From assembly GCA_945877805.1 (NCBI GenBank), contig CAMCSM010000005.1, positions 1 to 63,045 on the forward strand: a stretch of DNA of 63,045 bases. Direction: 5' to 3'. The notes below the pieces were generated by a model. That model made no database searches. It saw nothing but the letters and a program-made list of their open reading frames with translations, and was not told the origin of the DNA. Shown one piece after another: positions 19,587 to 28,409 of the stretch; the first letter of the stretch is position 1; the number at the start of each line of letters is the position of its first letter. The position numbers and the translations under genes were made by a program. The DNA comes from Methylacidiphilum caldifontis (lineage in GTDB: Bacteria; Verrucomicrobiota; Verrucomicrobiia; Methylacidiphilales; CAMAQI01).

Positions 19587-20255
19587 TTAAGGGAATGGAT
19601 GGGGGAGTCGTATATTTTTGTAATCTTGATAAAATTGGAGAAATTTATTCGATTGATCCTGAAGCATGCTTAAAGTTGCTTCGGCTTTAAGCTGATGCTC
19701 ATACCGGTACCCTGTTCCAAAATTCATCCCGCTTACTCCAAGATGCTCGAGATAGCAAATATCCGAAAAGCTCCCGATATGAATTTCGAACCCTTTAGCT
19801 TCTAATATCGATCTAAGTAGTGGATTATCGTATTGGTAGAGGACAACGCCTGATTCGCGACGATCAAACTCAAAAATCCAGTGATACTTTTTTTCAGTTT
19901 TAAAGAATTGGGCTGTGCTTTGTCCGATCTCTTCATCCGTGGATAAAAGGATATCAAATTCGCACCCCGCCTTTTGGAGAACATTTAGCAGGAGATGGAG
20001 GCCTAGCCGATCATCTACCCCCGTGGAACGAAGGATATCTCCCTCAACCTGAGGAGCGGTAATGGGGTTAACGGTGTCAATATGGGCAATTCCGAGAATC
20101 GAGGCATTAAAATCTTTAAAATAGTAGGGTCGGCCAGCCTCTGTATTTTTTTCAAAACCAAAGAGAGCTAGATAGGGATCGAGATCACCTTGAAATGCAA
20201 TGTCGATATTTTGAAGGAGATCACTAATGCTAACCGGAGAGATGTTTTTGTTCAT
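19587..20255 (-). CDS. Small M42/M20/M28-like metallopeptidase
   Basis: The metal-ligand pattern is 'AHIDTV' (H-x-D), 'GVDDRLG', 'STDEEIG', with later D and H ('SFSDI', 'YEHQ'). Confidence 0.6.
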   Translation of the reverse strand: MNKNISPVSISDLLQNIDIAFQGDLDPYLALFGFEKNTEAGRPYYFKDFNASILGIAHIDTVNPITAPQVEGDILRSTGVDDRLGLHLLLNVLQKAGCEFDILLSTDEEIGQSTAQFFKTEKKYHWIFEFDRRESGVVLYQYDNPLLRSILEAKGFEIHIGSFSDICYLEHLGVSGMNFGTGYRYEHQLKAEATLSMLQDQSNKFLQFYQDYKNIRLPHPFP

Positions 20256-20310
20256 ACCTGTAAGTATTACAGGATTTTAATATTTTTTTTTAAAGTAAGA
20301 GATAATGTTT

Positions 20311-20337
20311 AATCTGCGTAAATCTGCGAAATCTGCG
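20311..20337. repeat. Three tandem AATCTGCG units in the divergent promoter region
   Basis: aatctgcg at 20311, 20321 and 20330. A 16-mer follows, tgtctgaccccctctg (20352-20367), which recurs exactly at 52722-52737. Confidence 0.8.
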
Positions 20338-20394
20338 GATCAGACCGTCGTTGTCTGACCCCCTCTGCGAGGATGGATCAAAAAAGGAGATCCC

Positions 20395-21378
20395 ATGACG
20401 TTTGATCCATCAATTCCTTGTAAAAGTCAAAAAACCGAACCCTATCTCTGCCCTGAGTTGAAGCGATTCCACCAAGACTTGACCGAGCTTGGATTTGAGG
20501 AGAGCCGAAGTCACCGGATCCGTCAGGCGGTCGTCGGGTTCAGCAGTGGAATTCGGATTGGTTTATCTCCAAAACCGCTAAAAGAGCTCACAAGATACAA
20601 AGAGCTGGCGAAAGATCTCTTTCTCGATGAGGCTTCATCGGCGCTGGAAAGTTTGGAGGCCCTCTACCTGCGGCTCCAGGACCCTGAGCTCAACATGCTT
20701 CAAAATCTGCGGGCGGCTTACGAAGAGTGGCTCGATTCCGAGGAGACTACTGAGGCCGCAAAGAAAAACCTTTTGGCCTTGTCGATCGGAATGGGGATCA
20801 AGGCGGTTGAATTGGAATCCTTCCTTGTTCCTGAAATGGAGGAGATTTTCAAAATACTCATCCCGAGCCAGCGGTTCATCTCCGAGCGGCTTCTGGATCT
20901 TTTAGGGGGAGGAAAGGAAGTTCGTCCTCTTTTGATCGACTACTTTCACTTTACTTATCAGGAGAGTCCCCTGGAGTTGAAAGTCATTCCGGAGTATGCG
21001 GCTCGGTTTTATCCTGAGGGAGGGACCGACTTCGTGAGCTGGCTATTGGCGGGGTATGGACATGGGAGAGAGTTTTCCCGGAAAAACCTGGAACTGAGAG
21101 ATGCGCTCTTTGAGTCCGTGGGGAAGGAATCCATGGAAGTGAATAACAGAATATATGATCAACTGTTTAACGAAGAGCCGAAGAAAGACTTTGCGCCGAC
21201 GAGCGAGCTGGTCCTATCGGCGCTTTTCTGGTGCCGTCGCCAACATCGGCATCTTTTTCTGGATGAGAGTCCGGTCCACCGCTTTGAATTGATCCGCAAC
21301 CTCTACGATTTAACTTTCTGGATGGGCCTCATCGGCGAGAGCCGAAGGCAAAAGGCGGTAGGGAGAAATCAGTTTTAA
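20395..21378 (+). CDS. Hypothetical protein (327 aa, helical, no recognised domain)
   Basis: Long ORF with a good SD (aaggag, 8 nt upstream of the ATG). No motif recognised. Confidence 0.6.
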   Translation: MTFDPSIPCKSQKTEPYLCPELKRFHQDLTELGFEESRSHRIRQAVVGFSSGIRIGLSPKPLKELTRYKELAKDLFLDEASSALESLEALYLRLQDPELNMLQNLRAAYEEWLDSEETTEAAKKNLLALSIGMGIKAVELESFLVPEMEEIFKILIPSQRFISERLLDLLGGGKEVRPLLIDYFHFTYQESPLELKVIPEYAARFYPEGGTDFVSWLLAGYGHGREFSRKNLELRDALFESVGKESMEVNNRIYDQLFNEEPKKDFAPTSELVLSALFWCRRQHRHLFLDESPVHRFELIRNLYDLTFWMGLIGESRRQKAVGRNQF

Positions 21379-21462
21379 AGGGGAGGAGATGAAAGTGGAA
21401 TTAGATTGAGATACAGGAGTTTAAAGCTGTAATCGCATTCAGAATTATAAATTACCATAAAT

Positions 21463-22563
21463 ATGCCACTCTACGAAATGACCTCAGAGAAGTTTAGAGC
21501 TTTAAATTCCGCCTCATTTGTGGATCAACAAGTTCGGGAAAGAGATGATTTGCAGCGATTACTGAAGTCTCAAATCAATGTCCTCGGGGATGATCTCTAT
21601 GTACTTTCAGAAGAATTTGGGGACTGGGCGGATAGTCGACGCAGAATTGATTTATTGGCCATCGATCGTGATGCAAATCTCGTAGTAATCGAGCTGAAGC
21701 GAACTAACGATGGAGGTCATATGGAGCTCCAAGCGATTCGCTATGCCAGCATGATTTCAGCGATGACTTTTGAGAAGGCGGAAAGAATTCACCAGGATTT
21801 CTTATGCAAAATGGGGGAAAAGCCTGAAGTGGCCAAAACACGAATTCTCTCTTTTTTGAATTGGGAAGAGCCCGATGAAGAAAGTTTCGCTTCCGATGTC
21901 CGCATCGTTCTGGTTTCTGAGGATTTTGGAAAAGAGCTGACCACCGCCGTTCTTTGGCTACGTGAGCATGACATTGATATCAGATGTATCCGACTGCGCC
22001 CCTATCAAGATGGAGAAAAACTCCTTGTGGATGTCCAACAAATTCTCCCTCTTCCTGAGGCGCACGATTATCAAATTCAGCTTCGTGAAAAAGAGCATAT
22101 CGAACGCATTAATCGAGCAGAACGCTATGATTTACGCTACAAATTCTGGCAAGGGTTAATCTCGCTGGCACAAGCAAAACGAACCCGACATGCAAACATT
22201 ACCCCTGGCTCGTATGGATATATCGGCGCAAGTGCAGGCATCAACGGACTCAAGTTAAACTACACCATCACCAAAACAACAGCCGTGGTGGAGCTTTATA
22301 TTGATTGCGGTGTCGCCGAGAGAAATAATCAGATTTTCGATAAGCTTTACGCAAATCGAGAATCTGTAGAAAACAGTTTTGGAGACTCAATCTCATGGGA
22401 TAGACTTGACCATCGCCAAGCATGTAGAATCAAATATCAAATGAGTGAGGGAGGCTATCGAAGTCCTGAACAGGAGTGGACTAAAATTCAATCAAGCATG
22501 GTGGATGTCATGTCTCGGTTCGAGTCCGCTCTAAAGCCATCATTGGAATCTTTAGATATTTAA
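21463..22563 (+). CDS. NucS-like PD-(D/E)xK nuclease domain + DUF4268-type C-terminal domain protein
   Basis: 'RRIDLLAIDRDANLVVIELKR..HMELQAIRYASM' is the NucS/DUF91-type core. The C-terminal 'DUF4268-like' call is from memory of this architecture. Confidence 0.7.
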   Translation: MPLYEMTSEKFRALNSASFVDQQVRERDDLQRLLKSQINVLGDDLYVLSEEFGDWADSRRRIDLLAIDRDANLVVIELKRTNDGGHMELQAIRYASMISAMTFEKAERIHQDFLCKMGEKPEVAKTRILSFLNWEEPDEESFASDVRIVLVSEDFGKELTTAVLWLREHDIDIRCIRLRPYQDGEKLLVDVQQILPLPEAHDYQIQLREKEHIERINRAERYDLRYKFWQGLISLAQAKRTRHANITPGSYGYIGASAGINGLKLNYTITKTTAVVELYIDCGVAERNNQIFDKLYANRESVENSFGDSISWDRLDHRQACRIKYQMSEGGYRSPEQEWTKIQSSMVDVMSRFESALKPSLESLDI

Positions 22564-22597
22564 TTAGGGCTTGAGAGTTCCAAAGGTCGCTTAGATT

Positions 22598-24637
22598 TTA
22601 TTGAACTCCCAACGCCTTGAATACCGCATCGACGGGATCCGAATAGAAGGAAGTTTGAAATTTTGCGAAGAGTTCTCCAGGGATCGTGGGAATATCGGTC
22701 ACGCTTGCCATCGGGAGGATAATTCGTTTAGCCCCGGCATCAAATGCGACCTGTAAGGACTCCGCTAAGTTTTCGACAGGAATAATGCTCCCTCCCAAAC
22801 TCATGCTTCCGAGGACAACCATCTGCGCTTGAAGGGGTTTGTCTAAGAGTGACGAACAGAGCGCGACAAAGGTGCTGAGGGGGAGAAGGGTGGAGGCCCC
22901 GGTGTTGTGAAGCTCAACGAGATGCACGTGAAAGTCGTGATCGACCGGTTTCATCGAGACACTGACCCGTGAGGCATTCGCTTTAAAATAATCGAATCCG
23001 ACTTTGATTCCCTCTTTACCCTGACTATCAGTTCCCATGCCCGATATTTTAAGAGTGCCGTTTCCTGCGGTTCGTTGGGTTTCCAAGCGGTATAAACCGA
23101 GATGATTTGTTCCCCGGGCAATTGTATGGAGAACGCCGGGATTTAATTGTCCATCCGGGATCAAGGAGGAGCCTCCCTGCTCAGGAACATTGATGAATTT
23201 CTCTTCGTTCGTCGCTAGATTACGATAGCTAAAATGGACATCATAAAATTCCATTCCACCAATTTTCTTGAGTTGCTCTTTGACCCGGCGCCGGCATTCC
23301 AAAGCGTATTCCAGACAGCGTGCGACCGCCTCTTGATCGTATTCCCCGTGAGGATAGAGAAGCTTAAGTAGTCCGGAGGCTGTCCGTTTGACCGCGATGG
23401 TATCCCGTTGATTCAGATCCCGCCCGAGCCTGAAATATTTCTCGATCGCATCCGAGAAATTACGTTTTCTCATTTCACGGAATAACTCCGCAAGGTAATC
23501 GACAATCAATCCGAATTGATTGGTGAAAAACTCAGGCCTCATTTTCGGAATTTCCCATCCCGGGATGTAACAATGGAATCGATCAAAAAAAGCAGAATCG
23601 ATCATCGCCTCCGGGAATGGAGCGAGGAGATGGCTGGTTTTGACCATCACATCGACGGATTGATTGATGTTTCCGACAAAAACCATGGAGGCATTTGCGG
23701 AAATCGAATCACGGCCGCGGGCGAAAGAGCCGGAAGCCATGTAATCTTTCATGATCTGGACTCCATCTTTGTCTTCAAAAGTGATTCCGGCGACTTCATC
23801 AAAGGCGACGACATCCCAAAGTCCGACCAGTCCGACACGACGACTGCTCATATTATAGAAAAGATTCGCCACGGTGGTCTTGCCGCCAGAGACGAGAATG
23901 CTGTTCGGGCTGATCTCTTTGTAAATATGGCTTTTTCCCGTACCACGGGGACCGAGCTCGCACATGTTAAAATTATTTTCAACTAAAGGAATCATCCGGG
24001 CTAAGAGATGCCACTTCGCCCGTTCTGAAAAATTGACAGGTTCCATTCCGACGGATCGTAAAAGAACATCCAACCATTGCGTCTCTGTAAATGCCTTTCG
24101 GCCTGCAATGAGGACTTCCAGATCGAGATTGGGCATTTGAATCGGCTTCAGCTCCTCAATGATAAACGGAGAGCCCTTCTGCCCCTCCTCATAAAAATAG
24201 CGGAGGGTCACAATGCTCCAGATTCCTCCGACAAGAAGCTTCTCATACATTTGAATATAAGTGGTCGGAACATCGACTCCCTTAATTCCTAAATTGGAGA
24301 GAAGGGCCTCATAAATATCCCGCTTCTCATTGAGTTTGACTGTGATTTTGTCAATGATCTTGAGACTTCCCCGCTCACGGACAATCGATTTCACTTTCTC
24401 CGCTTCATCGGGACGAACATAATTTTCGGAGAGAATTTTCTTAACGGTGACGAGCCCTTGTTCAATCACTTCCGGATCGCTGGAGGCACAATGCATTCCG
24501 AGGAGATATTCGAGGACGAAAACGGGGACATTCGCTCCTTCCTTTATCAACTTGGTCAGGTCTTTCCGAACCACTTTCCCGGGAAAATGCTGATTCAAGA
24601 GATCATCAATCGTCTTATCTGTCACATTCGTTTCCAT
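22598..24637 (-). CDS. brxL: BREX Lon-like protease BrxL
   Basis: N-terminus 'LLNQHFPGKVVRKDLTKLIKEGANVPVFVLEYLLGM', Walker A 'GPRGTGKSH', Lon-protease-like C-terminus. It is the last gene of the brx order. Confidence 0.9.
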   Translation of the reverse strand: METNVTDKTIDDLLNQHFPGKVVRKDLTKLIKEGANVPVFVLEYLLGMHCASSDPEVIEQGLVTVKKILSENYVRPDEAEKVKSIVRERGSLKIIDKITVKLNEKRDIYEALLSNLGIKGVDVPTTYIQMYEKLLVGGIWSIVTLRYFYEEGQKGSPFIIEELKPIQMPNLDLEVLIAGRKAFTETQWLDVLLRSVGMEPVNFSERAKWHLLARMIPLVENNFNMCELGPRGTGKSHIYKEISPNSILVSGGKTTVANLFYNMSSRRVGLVGLWDVVAFDEVAGITFEDKDGVQIMKDYMASGSFARGRDSISANASMVFVGNINQSVDVMVKTSHLLAPFPEAMIDSAFFDRFHCYIPGWEIPKMRPEFFTNQFGLIVDYLAELFREMRKRNFSDAIEKYFRLGRDLNQRDTIAVKRTASGLLKLLYPHGEYDQEAVARCLEYALECRRRVKEQLKKIGGMEFYDVHFSYRNLATNEEKFINVPEQGGSSLIPDGQLNPGVLHTIARGTNHLGLYRLETQRTAGNGTLKISGMGTDSQGKEGIKVGFDYFKANASRVSVSMKPVDHDFHVHLVELHNTGASTLLPLSTFVALCSSLLDKPLQAQMVVLGSMSLGGSIIPVENLAESLQVAFDAGAKRIILPMASVTDIPTIPGELFAKFQTSFYSDPVDAVFKALGVQ

Positions 24638-24640
24638 AAA

Positions 24641-27253
24641 TTAAAAATCCTCGTTAATCGCCCGGTCGATCGTCACTTTGACGCTGGTTTGTTCGATTCC
24701 CGTGTTAAGATCCCGCGCCACCAGACGGAATTCTTTTTTTGGGTCGAATGTCTGACTGACCAAACTGAGCCAAACACTCTTCTTTCTCTCCTCCATCGTG
24801 CCCGATTCGGAATCAAAAGTCACTTTTTGAATATCTGAGACTGGAAGTTCCCCATCGCTCAAAAAAATCTCCAGCGAGACTGGTTTCAGTCGATCTCCCA
24901 CGGGTTCGGTTTGAAGGAATTCAAAGCGATGACGGGAGGTCGTGATGATGTGCCGGTTTCCAAGAATCTGGACATCGACCGGTTTGATTTTAGTTAAGGC
25001 CAGTCCTTTCCCTTTGATTTGTCTCACCGTGACAACCGGGATCACGATCTCCTGGGGCATCAGGCCTCCATGAAAGTAGCGGGCGCCCCCGACAAAGTGA
25101 AAGAGATTGACCCCTTTCGGAATCCAAAATTCGACATTCCCTTCGGCCTTAGCCGTTTCTTTTGTCGATCCCTTCCACGCCTTTTCGTAGGGAGGAAGAT
25201 TCGTTCCCAAGAGATACCGTTTTTTAGCGAGAATCGTTCCTTGGGGTTTTTCTTCAATTTTACTCTTTTCATGTTCCTCGGGATATTTCTCCTGAAAGAG
25301 GAATCCATGGTCCGCCGTAATTAAAATATAAGTGCCGTTGAGATTATCGATGATGTAGCGGACGAGCGAGGCAAGCTCCTCGATCGCCTTCCCTGTCGCC
25401 AGGAAAGTCTCCCCTTCGGTGCTGGCTGAATCGCCGCTCGCATCGACTCGATTGTGATAGATGTAAATCAATCGATGTCCTTCAACCATTTCCCGCCCCT
25501 TGGCCTTATTGGCTGCCAGAAGATCATCCGCCTTAAAGGCGATCCCCTCGTGTTTGGCGAGTATTTGTCTTCGCTGCTCGGTACTCCCCGTCGCCATTCC
25601 ATCGACGTGAACCTCCCCCTGGGCGGTGTATTCAAGTGTTTGATGTGGTAAGAGCGAGGCCATCCCTAATGCGGTATAGGAGGGGAGAACACCAAGCATG
25701 GAGCTCAGGTCCGATTGATATCGGTATTTTCCCGCGAGTTCCCGATGGAGTTCTTCTGCCGCTTCATAGCGGAAGCCATCGCTGATAATGACAAAGACCT
25801 TCCGCTTTTCGGCTTCCGCCAAACGGGGGGCTGCATGGCGCTCGTAGAAATCGTATTGATTCGGAACATCCCGGACTCTCCAATCCTGAAAGAAACGTTC
25901 TCCTCCTGCTTCCACCATTTTGCTCCATTGCAGGGCGATCTTCGGAATAAATCCGCACGAATAGCACTCTTCGATCTTCCCTCTTAAGTTCTTGAGCAAT
26001 TCCCATGGTTGTTTCTCCACTTCATCGGCATAACAGCAAAAGTGTCGATAGAGACGGTCTATCTTGAAATAGGTCGTTTCATAGGAACGAAAGCAGTCGG
26101 AAAGGGTTCCGGGCTCCAAAGCGGATTCCAATGTTCCACACCCTTTAAGAAATTCTTCGGCAACTTCCAGAGCGCGATAGGCGTAAAAGTAGCTCTTTCG
26201 GGGAACGAGATCGCTATCCGCGGAATCTCCATTTTGAACCCAATGCCCCATCTTACGAGCCGAGATCAATTCACCCCACGTTCCTTTTGATTCGTTGGAA
26301 ATGGCCTCTTTCACCAATGAGATCAGTCGTTTTTCAATCGCTTGAAAGGTTTGAATCTCCCTAATCTGTTCCAAAGTCAGATCATTTAGGAGAGAATTAA
26401 TGTCGATCTCCTTCTCGATCTCTCCGGACACCGTATCGTAGCTTTTTCGCTGCGTGGCGCTGTCCCTCCATTGGGAAAGGAAGGCGGTGATATCGGCGGT
26501 GCATGACTTAGGGAGGATTAGGGCTCGCAGAGAATGGGGTGGCTCTTGAAGTTTCAAGGCGAACTCTGTGACCAAGAGCCGCCTTAATAAAAGTCCAGGC
26601 TGCGTTAGGGCTTCCGGGATTCCAAAATATTTTTGGCAGAGCTTCCAAAAGGAACCATCCAGATGACATGCTTGAATCTCCTCCCAAATCACCGGGAGGC
26701 CTTCGATCCCCTTTTGTTCCTCGACTAGGAGTTGAAACAGTTGACGGGCACAGAGAAAGAAGTCCGGTTGGGTCGTTTTGAGAGCGATCGAGAGCATTTT
26801 CAGATCGAGACTCTCCGCCGTTTCATGGGGGGAGACCATCCCTTGCAGACTCTTGAGGCGGGCGGGACTTCGAAAGAAAGCCTCTCGGGCTTTCAAATGG
26901 GGCTTGAGTTGATGAGAATCCAATTTCAATTCATCAAAAATCTGGCTGATCCGGTCGGCGCTAAAAACGGCTTGGGAGGGCTTTAAATAATAGAGCCAAT
27001 CCTCCTCTGGACTCGGCTCCGGATGATTGGAATAAACCAGATATTTTCCCGCGGGATCCTCGATTTCCAAGAGGAGCTTGACCGAGAGAGAGCCGATCTC
27101 ATCCAGTTTCAATAAGCGAACTCCGGGGAGGGAGGGAATTAACTCCTTCACCTCGGCGGTGTACGATTTTTCCGGATCATACCAAAAGACAATCCGGCCA
27201 TTGACCTCAGAAAATCGTCTCTGCAACGCTTGTATTAATGCATTCTCCCCCAT
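24641..27253 (-). CDS. pglZ: BREX alkaline-phosphatase-family protein PglZ
   Basis: 'RIVFWYDPEKSY', 'VFVIISDGFRYEAAEEL', 'ILITADHGF'. ATG 27253 (MGENALIQAL) sits 1 nt after the upstream stop, while the ORF-track start 27295 overlaps it. Confidence 0.9.
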   Translation of the reverse strand: MGENALIQALQRRFSEVNGRIVFWYDPEKSYTAEVKELIPSLPGVRLLKLDEIGSLSVKLLLEIEDPAGKYLVYSNHPEPSPEEDWLYYLKPSQAVFSADRISQIFDELKLDSHQLKPHLKAREAFFRSPARLKSLQGMVSPHETAESLDLKMLSIALKTTQPDFFLCARQLFQLLVEEQKGIEGLPVIWEEIQACHLDGSFWKLCQKYFGIPEALTQPGLLLRRLLVTEFALKLQEPPHSLRALILPKSCTADITAFLSQWRDSATQRKSYDTVSGEIEKEIDINSLLNDLTLEQIREIQTFQAIEKRLISLVKEAISNESKGTWGELISARKMGHWVQNGDSADSDLVPRKSYFYAYRALEVAEEFLKGCGTLESALEPGTLSDCFRSYETTYFKIDRLYRHFCCYADEVEKQPWELLKNLRGKIEECYSCGFIPKIALQWSKMVEAGGERFFQDWRVRDVPNQYDFYERHAAPRLAEAEKRKVFVIISDGFRYEAAEELHRELAGKYRYQSDLSSMLGVLPSYTALGMASLLPHQTLEYTAQGEVHVDGMATGSTEQRRQILAKHEGIAFKADDLLAANKAKGREMVEGHRLIYIYHNRVDASGDSASTEGETFLATGKAIEELASLVRYIIDNLNGTYILITADHGFLFQEKYPEEHEKSKIEEKPQGTILAKKRYLLGTNLPPYEKAWKGSTKETAKAEGNVEFWIPKGVNLFHFVGGARYFHGGLMPQEIVIPVVTVRQIKGKGLALTKIKPVDVQILGNRHIITTSRHRFEFLQTEPVGDRLKPVSLEIFLSDGELPVSDIQKVTFDSESGTMEERKKSVWLSLVSQTFDPKKEFRLVARDLNTGIEQTSVKVTIDRAINEDF

Positions 27254-27254
27254 T

Positions 27255-27839
27255 TTATGAGGCTCCCTTTGTTTCTTGTAAAATTTGCGCACCATACGCC
27301 GTTAGTCGATACCTTTGAAGTCGACTAGTCGGCTTATCGGGAATGGTGCGCTCCACGAACTTCAGCTCGACGAGACGTTGGATTTGTTTGTTGAGCTCCC
27401 CGGAGACCGTTTGGTGACCGAGCTTTTTCGCCAAATGGATCTTTCCTTCTTCCGCTTGACCCAAAAGAACGATCAACTTTGCCGCTAACCTCGACTCTAG
27501 CCGCGACTCTAGCCGTTCATCTCCGGATTGCGGCTCTCGACGGCTGGCTTGGATGGGTAGAGAAAGCACCTTTGGATGAACCGGAAGACGGATCACGAAG
27601 GAGAGTCGATCCTCATCCGTTTCAAATCGGGGCTTCGGTGACCCGTTCTCCTTCATCGCCTTGAGGATTTTTGGGATTCCCGTGGAACGCCCCTCCGTCA
27701 GGTCGAGTTCTTTGAGGAATTCGCCAATCCGACGATTTCGGTACCGTCGGGAAACCGCTTTTCCTGCCCTCAGATCACTCATTTGAATCGATCGATCAGG
27801 GTCGTTGAGCATTTCAAGGATGTTGAGAGGGAGTGGCAT
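27255..27839 (-). pseudogene. N-terminally truncated paralogue of the AlbA_2/HATPase_c_4/wHTH regulator (C-terminal 194 aa only)
   Basis: 'SRRYRNRRIGEFLKELDLTEGRSTGIPKI' aligns with 'SQIRNPVIARVFRELDLVEQWGSGIPGI' of the 492-aa protein. Both end with '..SRLQ(R/K)YR(L/I)..'. The AlbA_2 N-domain is missing. Confidence 0.6.
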
Positions 27840-27848
27840 AGGATCACT

Positions 27849-28409
27849 TTAATGGGACATTAATTTTCTTACCCCTGAGACAAACACATTAAAACTTGCA
27901 GAACGATTACGGTCAGGGGTCATTTTTTTTGCAATCTCTGCTGCCCGAATCAATTTGGCCCGGGTTCCTGTTAACTCTTTTATCAGTTCTGAAGCATTTG
28001 TTAATTCATCAGGATTTCGTCGCATTAATCCTTTATAAGCGGAATGTCGTTTGGCATTTGGATATGCCTCCCCTACTGCATCTAGATCTCCAATAAACCA
28101 ACTTTCAAGCTCCTGACAGACGATTCGAATTAAGAACTCGGGCGAAGTTTCTGGAACTCTGGTTTTTAGCTGTTGTTTTAAGTTGGAGCAATTAGATCCA
28201 TCATTATCTCGCAAAATGATGAACCGATCATCAGGCTTCCTCCATTCTCGCATCTTTTTCGGAAACGAGGACTCTAAATCAGATTTACCTTTGTGATGGA
28301 TCAGTATCCAATGCTGAAACTCTAAAAATTCTGGGAAAAGCTTTGGAAATAACTCTCGAAGAGTTATCCCCATGGATTCCTCTTCCGTCATAAATATGAT
28401 ACGGCTCAT
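27849..28409 (-). CDS. DUF4276-type (TOPRIM-like) protein
   Basis: 'IIFMTEEES' supplies an acidic strand and 'FIILRDNDGS' a DxD, plus 'CQELESWFIGDLDA'. ATGA-type 4-nt overlap with the upstream ATPase. Confidence 0.75.
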   Translation of the reverse strand: MSRIIFMTEEESMGITLRELFPKLFPEFLEFQHWILIHHKGKSDLESSFPKKMREWRKPDDRFIILRDNDGSNCSNLKQQLKTRVPETSPEFLIRIVCQELESWFIGDLDAVGEAYPNAKRHSAYKGLMRRNPDELTNASELIKELTGTRAKLIRAAEIAKKMTPDRNRSASFNVFVSGVRKLMSH

